A stretch of DNA of 53,262 bases, the filler included, from Catajapyx aquilonaris (lineage: Eukaryota): the NCBI GenBank assembly GCA_000934665.2. It is 2 parts of 2 records of this genome, joined end to end, with 100 filler letters (N's around TTAATTAATTAA, not from the genome) between each part and the next. Parts side by side here need not be neighbours in the genome. Positions count along the whole stretch, not along the records: positions 26,730 to 53,262 come from JYFJ02005189.1; 1 more part is not named here. One strand, 5' to 3'. A model generated the notes under the pieces. The model saw only the letters and a list, made by a program, of their open reading frames with translations. It did no database searches and was not told the DNA's origin. This document shows positions 35,618-49,369 of the stretch, in pieces (positions within the stretch are counted from its first letter, which is position 1; every line of letters begins with the position of its first letter). Made by a program: the position numbers and the translations under genes.

Positions 35618-36007
35618 CTATAAATGAAAAGTCATTTGAATGAAACATATTTGGAAACATTACATAGTAAAACCTCTATAAATTGAACATCCACAAGTCA
35701 AAGCTCCCTAGTTTTTCCAAACTTCTTTGACTCAAATCTCCACAACCTCTGGTCTCTTGGTGTTTCAGTTACAGACATTCTACAGAGTACAGGGTGATCC
35801 TAAATACATTTCAGACTAATATGGCTATTGTTACTACTTGGTACTCTCCATATCATGCCACAAACAAGGTTAATCATTCATTATGAATAATCCAGGGCAT
35901 GCTAACTCAAATAAGTACATGGACATGAACTACATGTTAATTAAAGCTATTATATTTATGAATTGAGATCTTGTCAAGGAGCAATTAGGAGATCCAGTAA
36001 TTAAATA

Positions 36008-37117
36008 CAGTTGAATCTGGATATAACAGCCTGTTATAATGGACTTTCGGTTATAACAGACTTGAAGTTGAAAGGCAGGTCCTGGCAAACTTCCATAAAG
36101 CCTCTGTATTTTTACTCCTGATATATCAGACTCCTTTTTACCTCACGTTGGCTATAACAGACCATTTCTTGGCCCCTCCGTGGAAAAATATGCTTCCTTT
36201 CCCATGTGCAGGAAGGCAGCTAGAACACTGGAGCAGGGGTGATATTCCCATCTGTAACTGATCTAAGGTTCCTACTAGCAAGTTTTGCACCTCAAGATTG
36301 AGGCACACATGGACTCTGTTCAATATATTTCCAGGAGTCTTAATCCTTTGTGCAGAGTCACAGAGCTGACCTTGGTTCCCAGGCTTGGACCCACTATACC
36401 AGGGGTGGGCAAACTTTTTTCTCTGTGGGCCGCAAAGAGATTTTAAAAAAATTGACGGGCCACACCTAACAAAAGATATATATTGCAACTTATAAAAAAG
36501 TTTACAATAATATATATCCATCGTTTTATGAACTTCCATAAATTGCATGAATTATCATTAATTCTCTGAAAATCGATAAAATTAGCTAAATATATCAATG
36601 AAAATGGCCTGTATAAATAAAAAACAATATTTTTGTGAATTTTAAAGAATTAAAAAGAAAGGCACAGGGATAAAATTTTGCAATTTTTATTTGTCAACAT
36701 TTTCAGGAATACTGAAATTTTTGCGTGGGCCGCACAAATTGTCTTTGCGGACCATAGTTTGCCCACCGCTGCACTATACCGAACCTATTCCTGAGTGAGG
36801 CAGTTCAGACGAAGGCAGCCAAGATGTCCTGTGGCAAGTTCAAGAGGAGCCCCTTTACACTTGCCGAAAAGGTCACTTCCTGTATATTTGGTGACAAGGA
36901 GACAGCAGAATAAAGTTATGGATTTTTTGGTCCTGCATAATTTATGGATGAGCTAATTTTGCACTTTTGAGGACAGTTTCATTAATCAGTATGCAGTAGT
37001 GTGCATTCTAGGCATATGGAAAGCAGAAAACTTGGGTGTATTTGTTGAAAAAGTGGCGATTTGGCTACAACAGACCTCGGTTATAACACTCTTTTCTGTT
37101 ATATGCGGATTCAACTG
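36008..37117. mobile_element. pogo/Tigger-type MITE family P, copy 2 (with nested hAT MITE)
   Basis: TA|CAGTTGAATCTGGATATAACAG ... CTGTTATATGCGGATTCAACTG|TA. Homologous to 3917-4482. Confidence 0.82.
36400..36771. mobile_element. hAT-type MITE
   Basis: CAGGGGTGGGCAAACT ... AGTTTGCCCACCGCTG with 8-bp TSD CACTATAC at 36392-36399 and 36772-36779. Confidence 0.92.
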
Positions 37118-39750
37118 TAAAATATGCATCACTCAGTATGGAGAATTAAATGTGAAGCAAGTATAGGAGATCACTTAAGAAGCATAAAATTTGTATTTTC
37201 CATCATCAAGATATGTAGGCCTATTTACTGACATCGTGACAATTAGAACCATCATAAATTACATTGTACACATTGAAAATAATTTATTTTCAATGTAACT
37301 GAATAAAAATAAAAATAAAAATAACTTGTCTATTATCTTTAATAAGCAAAAATGGCACATTTAACAATCTCAATATGTAGATATTCTGCCTTCAAAGACA
37401 GACTCTCCTTTGAGTAGTGCAGTTCAAGATCGGGACAATCCGCACATTACGACAATGCAATGACAAACTCATCAATTTTAAAATTGCAGCAGTTGTTACA
37501 ATCGTAATTGATTTGTTACAATTGAGCTCTTTATTTGCAAAATTGAATTCAATCAGAATTCTGTAATATTTTGCTGTCTCAGTACACTTTTATTCCATGA
37601 TTAATTATCAGTATTAAATATTTTACTTGTAACTGTACCTGGATAGAATTTTAGGTTGGTTCATATCGGTTGATTTATTGCATATGGATATTTAACAAAA
37701 AAATTCAATAGTAAACAGTGATAATAAAATGTTGCAAAGGTGATATTTTGTCTACAGCTTATGCACAGGCCATCATTCTTGTTTCCAACACTTGTGTAAT
37801 AATGCCACGCATTACATACATTAGCTCAGCATTAGTTTTACAGACCAGCCTATACTTCCTTCATATAGGGTCGAGTGGGAGGGCAGGGGAAGTTGTAGAT
37901 GCTGCGCTGTCACCGTAACATTAGTCTGTTATAAATATTTTTGACACATCTTGTTCATTTTTGTTCTGTTACATTCCAAAAAGTTGCGGCAGCAACACCA
38001 ATCCATTATTTGTCTCATGCTATCCTTCATATGATACCTTTTTGGTTTTCGCCTGCGTCACCTTCTTCAGAAAAGCTTGCAGTTGGAAGGACACCCCATC
38101 AGCTACCACAGTGTTTTGTGGCGAAGGGAGAACAAGGGCATTCAATGTCTTCACAGTCTTCTCCAGCACCTGTGCCATTGCTTCGTTGCCTCACTGACCC
38201 CATGAGAGGCTCCCAACTAACTTATTCCAGCTACCTGCTATGAAAGTCAAGACACCACAAATTACCAGCTACCCAGAGTCCCAGACACATCAATCACACC
38301 AGACGCTAACCAACACAAGACACCACACCTGCACGTGCTCTTCGTTTCCAAGCAGCACATTACCTACAGACTACATAAATGAATCTCAAGTACACTGTTG
38401 CGCATGCACTAGAAATAAAACAGCTGACCCACATCCTCCAGCTAATAATGAAAGCAGCTATTTCAAAACCGCCAATGCAGAGACCACCTCCTGTCATTCA
38501 TTCTCTCCTGGTACCAACGCTGCGAGCAAAGACTGATGCCTCGCCTGGGACTACGTGAAGATACGCATCGCACGAATGAACTCGCACGCTACGTTGCATT
38601 ATGACTGATTTTCGAAAGATGCTCAAAGATTCCGTCTTGTGGTAGCCATGACGAGACTTGATGCTGTCAACGGGGTTTTGACGAGTGACTGCCGATGCGA
38701 TACCAACTCTTGCAGAATCTGATGACATCGCCGTAGTTTTCGTCTCAGGTGCTTCGAGGTATCCTCGAAAGATCTGTCATTTTCTGGGGATGAAGATGCA
38801 TGGAGTGTTCAGATGCTGAGGTGTGTTGTACCATGTCTGGTATGGTTCGATCGTTTTTTACTTATAATCCTGGTGATATTATATGAAGGAAGTGGACATT
38901 AAAATGAAAGAAACACGAATAAGACGCAGTTGATTTTCTGATTCGCGGATACTCTCTGGCAAGGAATCTCCCAGACATCAGAGGCTCGAGGGCCCAGGCA
39001 TTGCTCGCTACCAGGCCAGAATCAGTGTCAGGGTGACATGCATTGTGCAGCCAACAAGAGGTGGAACAACCGTATCGATGAATAATCCTCCCCGATCCTG
39101 CCATACGTGTTGCTGCAAAATGTCTGCAACTCTGGGCTCGGGGGACTGGGTATGCAATATGACTGTGTGACCTTCAATGCACGAAGAGGCACAGGTCGGC
39201 AGGTGGCTTCACTACTACTTGATCTTGATGCATATATATGTACAGATCACGGTACAGATAGTTTACCGAGTACAGGTGGCCGTGGGTGTCCTAGCTAATA
39301 AATGTTTCAAACCTTTTGGCTTTTGATGCAGTTATTGCGAAATCGAAATGTGGACGAAGGTTGTGATATGTTCACTACAGGTTGTTCGATATTTTCGTAC
39401 AATTACTTTTTTATTTTTAATATTCAGTCTTTCAACGAGTACAGTAACATGAAGTCATGAACCCGACTAGCTCAAGAGAGTTGAAATGTGTCGGAAAAAA
39501 AGGTTTCATCGGACGAAATGTCGCTGTCGTCTCGTACAGTACCGGTACTAAAAAGTAGATCGGACGAGATGTCTTCGTGTGAATTGCATTCATGCAATGT
39601 ATGGTCTTCGGACGCCAACAGCGAAGATATATAGGCTACAGGACCCGTTCCAGAATGTTGTCCCCGGTCTACGTTCCTGAAAATGTCCATAAGTCGTATT
39701 TGTACGTGACTTAGATCCCTGAGGAGCAGTTTATATTTTTTATTTATATA

Positions 39751-40455
39751 CAGGGTGTTCAAAAAAGGTGTTCCCAGTAAAGAACCAATGCAGTTTCAGA
39801 AGTATTCCATATATTTTATTCAAATTTGCCGGGAAGGTGGGACATATGATCAAGTTTTTGTACAAAAAGGCACACCTCCACATGTCCACCCTGGCGTCGA
39901 AGACACAGCTTAAACCGTTCTTCAGCCGCTCGCCAGGTGTATAGCTTGTACGGATACATCTTCAGTAAAAGCAAAGTGTGTACTCCTTTTCGCTGAACTG
40001 AAAAGTGTGACTAGAGTGCGAAGAGAGTTCCGGCGACTCTATGGCAAAGACCCACACTATTCGAAGCGACAGGCTGCATCGTCCATGGCAAAAGCTCTGG
40101 GCGTCCACCTGCAACTTATCGTGTTGAACAGGTGAGGGAAGCCATGTTGAAGAGTCCGCAGTCCGCAGAAGTCCCTGCGTCGGGGATCCCTGGAGATGGA
40201 TATCTCACTGAGTTCGATGCACCGCGTCGTACGGAAAATGCTGAAGATGTATATCCATACAAGCTACACCTGGCGAGCGGCTGAAGAACGGTTTAAGCTG
40301 TTTCTTCGACGCCAGGGTGGGCATGTGAAGGTGTGACTTTTTGTACAAAAACTTGATCATATGTGCCACCTTCCCGGCAAATTTGAATAAAATATATGGA
40401 ATACTTCCAGAACTGCATTGGTTCTTTACTGGGAACACCTTTTTGGAACACCCTG
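39751..40455 (+). mobile_element. Deleted Tc1/mariner-superfamily element with about 210-bp TIRs
   Basis: TA|CAGGGTGTTC ... GAACACCCTG|TA. Internal remnant KAKCVLLFAELKSVTRVRREFRRLYGKDP / FEATGCIVHGKSSGRP resembles a DUF4817-type transposase HTH. Confidence 0.88.
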
Positions 40456-40459
40456 TATA

Positions 40460-40785
40460 TTATTTTTATGGGCCATCTTGGGGGGTGGAACACCACCATT
40501 TTTCCTTCCAATTTTCTGTATTTTCTTCAGTCACCGTGCATGGAAGAACGGACATGAGGTGGGGTAGGGATTTTTGGGGAGGAGACACAGGTACAAGTGC
40601 AATGTCGGTAAAGGGGTCATGTGAGTCTCCCTGGAGGTTAGGTTGCCAGTCGCCTCCATGGCGCAGGTCAGAGTACTCAGAGACCCTCCTGACGCAGGCG
40701 AAAGGGAACTCCCGGGCGGGGATCGGACCCGGGACCTTTCGCTCAGCAAGCCGTGTCGTTAATACCGACTCGGCCACCACGCCTC
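40460..40785 (-). mobile_element. SINE type C
   Basis: Reverse-complement homology to the 25446 and 27915 copies (GGAGGTTAGGTTGCCA core). Ends approximate. Confidence 0.85.
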
Positions 40786-41339
40786 ACAGTGGGGCAGATT
40801 CGAAAAGTGGCGGAAAAAAATCATACAACTTATTGCGAGTGACAATATTGAATTTAAATGCGAAGTAAGGGCGTTTTAGCATGTTCCAATAGATCGTGAG
40901 AGGGGAAGAATTGCCGAATGTTAGATACGGGCACTGAATATCACATAATCTAGTGGAAGTTTTTTTTTTTTTTTCATAACTAGTGTAATAGCGGAAGGGC
41001 TGTAAAGGTTTGTTCAACTAATAATGCGAGTGCAGATTCAGATTCAAGTACCAAGATTATCTATTGTCGCAGAATTGGATAGCAACTGCATTAAATTATA
41101 TGCGTGGTTAGAAATATTAGAAGCTGGCACACACAATACACTTGGTCTTCGCCAGGATTCTCCTTCAGCACATAGTACAAATCTCTCTTTGTAACCACAG
41201 TCATTTTGTCACTACAACACCAAACTGCTCAGCTCAAAACCAGATGACTAAGTAGCAGCAAGAGCAGCAAGCCCGACTCGACTGGTACAAGAACATGATG
41301 CGTGTTGTTGGTACCATGAGTCAACGAGGTATTTGCGAG

Positions 41340-41790
41340 GGGGTACTCACTCGACTGTAAAGTGTACACCGGAGTACCTGGGAGTACCAAGGAGTACCTA
41401 AGGAGTACCGAAGAGTACGGAAGAATACCAAAGAGTACCACTGCAGGTGTACACCGGAGTACCGAAGTGAGTACCCCCTTGGGTATTTGTTTATGAAATT
41501 GTGGATGATGAAGTTGGTTCAGGCACCTCGAAAGGCATCATATTGCTCTCATAGGCATTCATTCAATCTTGCACTGGTCGGTTCGGGAGGGCTCTTCCAC
41601 TTCCTTCCTTTTCGCGGTGTGGCACTGCAGACGGGTGCTTGCCAAGGGGGTAATCACTTCCGTACTCCGGTGTACACCGGAGAGTGGTACTCCCTGGTAC
41701 TCCTCAGGTACCTTACTCTTTATTACTCCTGGGTATACTCCTTGAATTTGGTACTCCAGTGTACACTTTTCAGTCGAGTGATTATACCCC
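41340..41790. mobile_element. Foldback-like element: inverted arms built from GAGTACC sub-repeats
   Basis: CACTCGACTG..GTGTACAC..(GAGTACC)n..CCCCCTTGG is mirrored by CCAAGGGGG..(GGTACTC)n..GTGTACAC..CAGTCGAGTG. Confidence 0.7.
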
Positions 41791-42663
41791 CATGGTGCTT
41801 GCCAAAAGAAACCGACTCTTGTGACGAAATGCGCCCATACGCGCAAACCATTTCCGGTTGCTCTTATTCCCCACATTTTCCTCTACACATGTAGCAAAAA
41901 ATTATTATGGGATAATGTGGGATAATTTTTGTATCTTAATATTTATATTGGCATTATGCTCATATTTTTGTGTTTGTAAGCCTATATGATCCACCCCGAT
42001 TTTTAGAGCCTTCTAGCTGACACTTCAATGGTGAAAATGAATGTTTATTACCGCTCTATAAGATCCATTCAATAACATCCATATCGTTGTTTTGGCAAAA
42101 TTGAGATGTACACCGCTCATAGCGACCCATGAATGTTAAGACACTACGCACACGCCTCTCAAACATTTTGCCCACGCAAAAAAGGCAAACTTTCGTGACC
42201 TCTGTACGGGTTAGGGACGACCGCAGAGGCAATTTTTTTCCGGATTACGTGACGATTACGTGGCAGCCCAGGAGCAGCGTAACAGTATACAGCGTAAAGA
42301 TTCTTCTCCAACGAACCGCTTACGTCACGTATACATGTATGTTAACATGAGCGAAAAATGTAGTTTTCCAATTATTTATTAATTATGCAGTATTTACGTT
42401 AAACTTGGTGTCGGTCAAGGGTCAACGTACGAAGAAGTGACTGAAAGTGGAGGAATAATATTATAAATTTTCCTTCCCGGGAGCAATGGGACTATGGGAG
42501 GTTCGTAAGTACGGTTCGCCGTAAGTCGGGTCGTTTGTAAACCGGGGACTACATGTATGTAGGTTGCTAGATCAATCAACAAATATCACCAAATGTAGAC
42601 ATGAGTTCCAGTCGCGTAATTATCTATTATTTATTCTTCGGTTACTTATTTTTGTATGTGTAA

Positions 42664-42820
42664 GGGCCGTTTTCTCGAACAGTACTGTTCGAGAAAACGG
42701 CCCTTACACATACAAAAAGCCAGTTTAAACCCTTAAATTGTTTGTTGTCCTTGGTTGTCAAGGGTTTAAACCGGCTTTGAACCGGGTTTACATTTGAACC
42801 ACTGTTCGAGAAAACGGCCC
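42664..42820. mobile_element. PIF/Harbinger-type MITE with an extra internal TIR copy
   Basis: TAA|GGGCCGTTTTCTCGAACAGT ... ACTGTTCGAGAAAACGGCCC|TAA. Confidence 0.8.
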
Positions 42821-43593
42821 TAAATTTGCCGCCCCTTGAAATCTGCCGCCATAGGCAACTGCGTAGGTTGCCTTGCCGAAATTCGGCGCTGGACTTGATT
42901 GTTGACAAGAAACTACATAGGTTGGCAACACTATGCCCAGCAATCAACTAGAGAACCGGTTCTAGAACGGGATAGGTGCTGAGTGAATGAAGAGTGTCAT
43001 AATGTCCATACCTTGACTGAAGATACTGTCAGCGGTCATGACCTCGAGGCCTATGACCAGTATGAATTTTAATTTGTTTGAAATTATTAGTTAAAAAATT
43101 ATGGTATCAAACTGCTGTAACTACATGAGAAATCTTCGGTTAGTCTCAGCTAGAGATAGATTCAGCTGGATGTAGTCGCCTGCGACAATTCTCATCTGAC
43201 AGTGAAAATTATCCTAATCATAATTATCCAAGTACATTTTGAAGAAATAAGTTGGCCATTGTCTGCTAATGACACAACAGCACAATATTTGAATTATCCA
43301 CAGAGTATTCGACTTGAACATTTGCGTTTACGAGGTGATATGTGTATCGGTATCTCCAGACACCCACGGGGAGCCCACAGCCGGGAAATCCATCTGGGTC
43401 TCTATTTTGGCCAGGTTGATTGACAGGGGGCCATGCGCACTTTGAGCTAGCAGGAGGTGCGCGAGGGATTTAACTGCTTTTCGTCATGTGTGTCACCGCT
43501 ACTGCTATTCCAGATAATCAGTGTGTTCATCGTGGATTATTTTGGGTCATAAGCACACTGCACTCCACGCTGTACTCTAAGCAACCCAAGTAA

Positions 43594-43826
43594 AGGGTGG
43601 TATCCACTGCTCAATATCAAGTGGTTTCAACCCGTTCAACCCCTTGAATCAACCCCTTGAGCGGGCTTGAACCGAGTAGAGCACGGCCCTACCTGATTCA
43701 ACCCCTTGAATTCAATGGGTTGAATTAAGTAGGGCCATGCTCTACTCGGTTCAAGCCCGCTCAAGGGGTTGAACGGGTTGAAACCACTTGATATTGAGCA
43801 GTGGATGGCACAGTGGATACCACCCT
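43594..43826. mobile_element. Palindromic PIF/Harbinger-type MITE
   Basis: TAA|AGGGTGGTATCCACTG ... CAGTGGATACCACCCT|TAA, almost fully self-complementary. Confidence 0.88.
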
Positions 43827-44897
43827 TAACACGAACATTGAACATTGAGCAAATGTCCTGAACATGTCTAGTGTTCACCGCGATGTGATTACTACCTCAC
43901 TGCTACCAAGTCGTACTAAGTGATGAGTCATTTGCTACCTATCTGACACACGCATTAAATTTATTATATATTTTAAATATTATTATTTAAATAATATTAA
44001 TAAATGAGTTGGGCCAGGATTGCATTTAACCAACCTGCTTTTTAAAGCAGCTTTCTCCACTATAGTTGCTACATCCAGGCATTGCCCTCGCTAAAAATAT
44101 GTTCGCATTACGCCTGTACCCACTCGAACAATTTAGCCTACATAATCAGACCCGAAAAAATGACCTTAAATCATAATTTTAAAACAATTATCTCCTACAC
44201 TGCTGCCATCTGCGGGAAACCCGGCCGACTCTAAATAACTAATATGAATCGCTGATTTCATAATATTAGGCCTAATTTGGCGATGTGACAGCAGCCGGAC
44301 ATGTGCCATGTAAACAACAGAGGGAAGGGGACAGATTTCCCAACACGTGCACGTGAAAAGCAGGCTAAATAGCGTGGTGTCCTACGGGTTCGGATCACCC
44401 CCTCTGCACCAGTCAGAGCAAGTGACTGACCTATGTGAACCCTAAAATATGGGGTAAGTTGGTAAGCGTGCAGTGGAGGAAGTTTTCTTTGTGGCTTTGA
44501 TGGTTGGTAGTCGTGAAGTTAGGAGCACTCATGGAGGTCAACTGAAACGAACAAAGTACAAGTGGTAGTGGTGATGCCAGCTTGCCTTCTGCGCATGTGA
44601 GAAGCTTTTATTTTCTTCTTGGGCGTTTTTTTTTTTTGGTTGCAAAGTGCAAGACATGTATCTTGGGGAAGGTGAGGAACGTTGCCCTCCTGTTTCCAGT
44701 AGTGCTGGAAATACAACGGTGCGTTCTTGAGGGCCGGAAGTGGGACAGTGGGGGTGCCAACTGTGGGCAACATGCTGTCAGGGAGTGTTGGGCGGACGCG
44801 GGCGAATATATGATTTTATCCTGTGAGTGGGCCTCCAATTTGGTAGCCAGATTGGTTGTATAATTTGGACATTAGTTAGTCAGATAGGATGGCCTGA

Positions 44898-45421
<524 letters not shown>

Positions 45422-45470
45422 GTGAGATATTCAGATTGTTACAAGAGAGCCATGCTGTCATTAAGGTATA

Positions 45471-45587
45471 TAGTCTGGTGACCCGGGGTAGCTTGCCCCC
45501 TGGGGTAACTGTTGTTTACTGCTATCCTTTTACATATGCTGCCATGGTGATTGCCCGCGGGATAGCTTACCCAGGGTCATCAGACTA
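45471..45587. repeat. Short imperfect palindrome (mini-MITE) in a Medea intron
   Basis: TAGTCTGGTGACCCGGGGTAGCT ... AGCTTACCCAGGGTCATCAGACTA. Confidence 0.7.
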
Positions 45588-45733
45588 GGGGCCTAAATCC
45601 AGAAGTGGAAGCCATATTTCGTCATTACATTTTTCACACACCATATTTTTAGCTGTCGATTATAGATTTTAAATCATTATCACACTAAAAGTAGGTGCCA
45701 ATATTTTTAATTATAATTTGGTTGAATTTAATA

Positions 45734-45910
45734 CAGTGAAACCTGTTCATAATGGACACAGAGTATACCATAAACTTTTCAATTGGATAATGATTTATGG
45801 GAATGTGCATAGGACACGAAATGTATTTTTTAATGGATATAGTGGAAACCTGTCCATTATGGAAAAAGTTTTCTGGTCCCATGTGATTTCGCTCTGCACA
45901 GGTTTCACTG
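45734..45910. mobile_element. pogo/Tigger-type MITE
   Basis: TA|CAGTGAAACCTGT ... ACAGGTTTCACTG|TA. Confidence 0.85.
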
Positions 45911-45929
45911 TATTCCTTATATTAGAATA

Positions 45930-46818
45930 CAGGTGGTACCCGTTTTACGCCGGTAATATATTGGTTCCAGCAAAATGCAGCGTAAAGTGAAAGGGCGTAA
46001 AACGAGACAAACTTATAATGGAAGTAAATGAGATAGGTTTCAAGATTTCCAAGATTTTCCCTAAGACAGTACTTATATTGCTGTTTTTAATGCTGACTAT
46101 TTGAAACATTTATTATGCACATTTAATGGGAAGTTACAGGTTGAGGATCATCAGGTTCTGCGGCCTCTTTTTCCTTCTTTTGGCAAGAACTGCAGTAGAC
46201 GTAGGCTATTGAATAGACTTCGGAGAGTGCAGGGACCAACAATACATTATTGTATTTATCGATAGACCCCTCCACAAGAAAAGAGCATTTATGGTCGTAT
46301 GTTTGGGCTCAGAAGTGTTGCTGTTCAGATTGTGTTGTTATCGTCAAATATGTCACAATTTTCAATTAAATTTTTTTTAAATGTCATTTTCAAACTGCAT
46401 TAATGTGAAACGGCGTAAAATGGTGGCGTAAAACGGGTACTTCGGCTATTTTCACACGAGGCCACCATGGCAGCGCTGCCGTGTAAATTAGGTGGAGCTT
46501 CTCTGGCGGCGTGTTGCAGATTTGTTCATCACCACGGAAGCGCTGCCAGCCGAGCACGGTCTCAAAATGCATGTCTGGCGGGACGAAAAGTCGTGCGTCT
46601 CGTGTGAAAGGCTTCATATGATTCAATGCAAACATGTAGCAGCGTGGCCAGTTGACGACGCCAAAAATCGCCTTGCCTGCCACCAGTATTTCTGGCAGCC
46701 CTGCCAAGCATGCGGCCACCGCCACACATGAAAGGCTCTGTTTGCAGCAATGCAAAGATGTGGTGGCGGCGCCTTGGCAGCGCTGTTGTGGTGGCCTCGT
46801 GTGAAAATAGCCTTACTG
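45930..46818. mobile_element. pogo/Tigger-type element whose right TIR is split by a Harbinger-type MITE
   Basis: TA|CAGGTGGTACCCGTTTTACGCC ... GGCGTAAAACGGGTAC[insert]TTACTG|TA. Confidence 0.7.
46444..46812. mobile_element. PIF/Harbinger-type MITE
   Basis: GGCTATTTTCACACGAGGCCACC ... GGTGGCCTCGTGTGAAAATAGCC. Flanks TTC and TTA (probable TTA TSD with one change). Confidence 0.82.
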
Positions 46819-48845
46819 TACATGTGTAATGCAACACTTATTTTATTTGATAAGATCAGAATATAGCTTGAATAGAACACAGATTTTAAAAAACTAACAA
46901 GGAACATATCTCGTGGGATAATAACTGATCTTGATGATACTGAATATGCTAATAAAGGACAATATATGTTAACCAAAAATGAAGTCATTTCGGGCGGAAG
47001 TTCATATTTGCAAAAGTTATGGTGTGTTAAAGTGATAAAAAGGGTACATTTTCATGCGCAATGGGATTACGTTGGCGACCACATATAATGGCATTGAAGT
47101 GTGTAATCAGTTTTATTGTACCAAATACACTTTAAAAATAAAGAAGTAGGCCTAATCGATGAGGTTGACACTCATGATTAGAGTCTGGGTTTTTAGGCAC
47201 GAAAAAACCCCGAAATAGGCACGGAAAAACACTGGAATGGCACAAAAATTTTACTTTTGCAGGCGTATGGAGAATAATGTTAACAGAAAAAAATGGAAAA
47301 TATATAATGGTTTTATAGGCCTAAAGTATAAAATATACAGTCACAAACCAGAGCGAAAACTGAATAGCAACAATAAACTTATAGAAAATCACAAAACTTG
47401 GGCAAAAGACACATAAGTGCAAGCAAGTATCATTAATCTTTTGCTCTGGACTCTACCGCTTTCCACTTGCACAATATTTGGCATATGCGTCACGGCAACA
47501 TGATTCACATTACTTCTGAACGATTTTGGTCCTTTCAGGAGCACAAAAAATACTCGGCAAAAAAAACCAAACATGCCTAAGAAGGAATATGTCCGGAATA
47601 GGCCCAAAAAGTCCCGAAATTGCTTCAGAAAGTTCAAAAACTACCCCAAAAAATGCCGAATAGGTATGAAAAGTTGCAAAAAGCCAAAATAGGTAAAATA
47701 GTTCCCAAAACCACGAAATAGGCCATTTTAGGCACTATAAAACCTACATTTTCCACATCCTGGACTCATGAAATGGATAGATCTCTTCACAAAACCATGG
47801 CAACACTGTTAAGGAACTAAATAGGCATTTGAACTGCACACTATGTTTAAATTGTATGACAGTTACATAATGATTGTGTATTTGGTGCAATAAACCTGAT
47901 TACACACTTCAATGCCATTTTAGTTATTGCAGATTTCACCTGAAGTTGTTACTCTTGTGTCTCTTTTTGTGCCCCAATTGATGTGACCAATTACATAGCA
48001 GCTGCTACTTGCAACCACACCTGGGAATAATATATTAGACACGTGGATTGGGGTGTAAAAAGGCATACAAAAATAACAACTTCCGGGAAAAATTGCAATG
48101 AAGCTGATGGTGAGCTAGTGTGATATGGTGCAGCTCCAAAACAGGGTCTGCCAGGATTTCCATCAATTACATCAATGACATAATAATACACATTTAAAAA
48201 TGCAATGTCCTGGTAGGCCATGTTTTACAATGACGTTAGGTTCCAGCAAAATAGAATCGTAGAGTGGAAAGTTGTAAAGCGAGGCCTACCTGTATACTTG
48301 GTGTTTCATATTAGTCGTCTGACCAACAGCATACTCCATGACCCAAAACAAGTAAAAAATGTAGGGGAGAGAAATGTCGAGGGATCAACTTGTGCCAATT
48401 TACAAGACAAAAGAGTGATTTCCTCATGTGCAGTAGTTGCCAAGGCAGGATGTGATCCAGATATTAATCACTGTGCATGAGATGGTGTAGCCATAATACC
48501 ATCAGTTTATCCTGTGCAGACTGTACTGAATCTATCAGTGGACAAGTTAAATTGAAGATATGGTATTGGAATTCAGTGAAAGCTAAATTAGTACCAAGTG
48601 CTGGGTGCATATCGCATACACTGCAGCTGACCCTCTCAAGAAGCCTTCTGCCATCTTTTTTTTGTAGTCAAATTCGTACTTGTGAACTACACCCTCAGTA
48701 AGGCTAGACCCACCACCACGTCGTTTTTATCACTTCAGCCTACACCATTTAAGTACGGGTGCCTGCCATTGCTGTTAACAAAGAGTCTGTTAATGGGTGC
48801 CTGCAGAGTGTTTGGATCCAGAGGTGTTCTAGGGATGTTTTAATG

Positions 48846-49369
48846 CAGTGCTTCCCAAATTGTAATGTAATGTAATGCAAGGGAGGGTAACAAATTATTT
48901 TCACAAAATGATGCTATCTTTCTTGAAAATCATGACCATCAGGTAAGGTCATTTCACTGTTTGCCTGTATTTTCATGTTGGCGGATCATGTGCACATATA
49001 GGGGGTCGCAATGGTTTGTTTTTTTAAAAAATTATTTACCCCGTGATTGAGCCAGTGGCTCTCTTAGGGGGGAAGGGGGTGGTTCCCTAGGGAGGGCGCT
49101 GAAATTTTTAGTCATTTCTGACTTATGAAAATACACCAGGCCTTTTCTACTGGCCCCGGGCAGATAGGGAGTGCAATTCTGCCCCGGCATGTCGGGTGAA
49201 AAGCAGAAAAAGACCCGGCCAAGCAGAGGTGACGGGGACGGGATTTGAACCCCGGCCTCCCGCTTGGCTGGCCAACGGCGTAACCGTTAGACCACCATGC
49301 CGCCCCTGGGTCGCAAATTTTACAAGACGATTTTATGGGGTCGCCAACGAAAGAAATTGGGAAGCACTG
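48846..49369. mobile_element. hAT-type MITE with nested SINE
   Basis: CAGTGCTTCCCAA ... TTGGGAAGCACTG with 8-bp TSD TTTTAATG at 48838-48845 and 49370-49377. Confidence 0.9.
49030..49307 (-). mobile_element. tRNA-derived SINE (head type D)
   Basis: Minus-strand GGCATGGTGGTCTAACGG (A box-like) and GGTTCAAATCCC (B box). 3' end CCCCCCTAA...CACGGGGTAAATAA. Ends approximate. Confidence 0.8.

Noticed and set aside
37700..39700. Cluster of 60-100-aa ORFs, one faintly transposase-like (AWDYVKIRIARMN)
   Set aside because: The similarity is too weak, and there are no termini or splice support.
41360..41480. CRISPR-like periodic repeats
   Set aside because: The units are about 10 bp with no unique spacers, no cas genes, and a eukaryotic context.
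43011..43049. Candidate AP4E1 start exon MTADSIFSQ
   Set aside because: Its phase-1 donor is incompatible with the phase-0 acceptor at 35617, and there is no homology.
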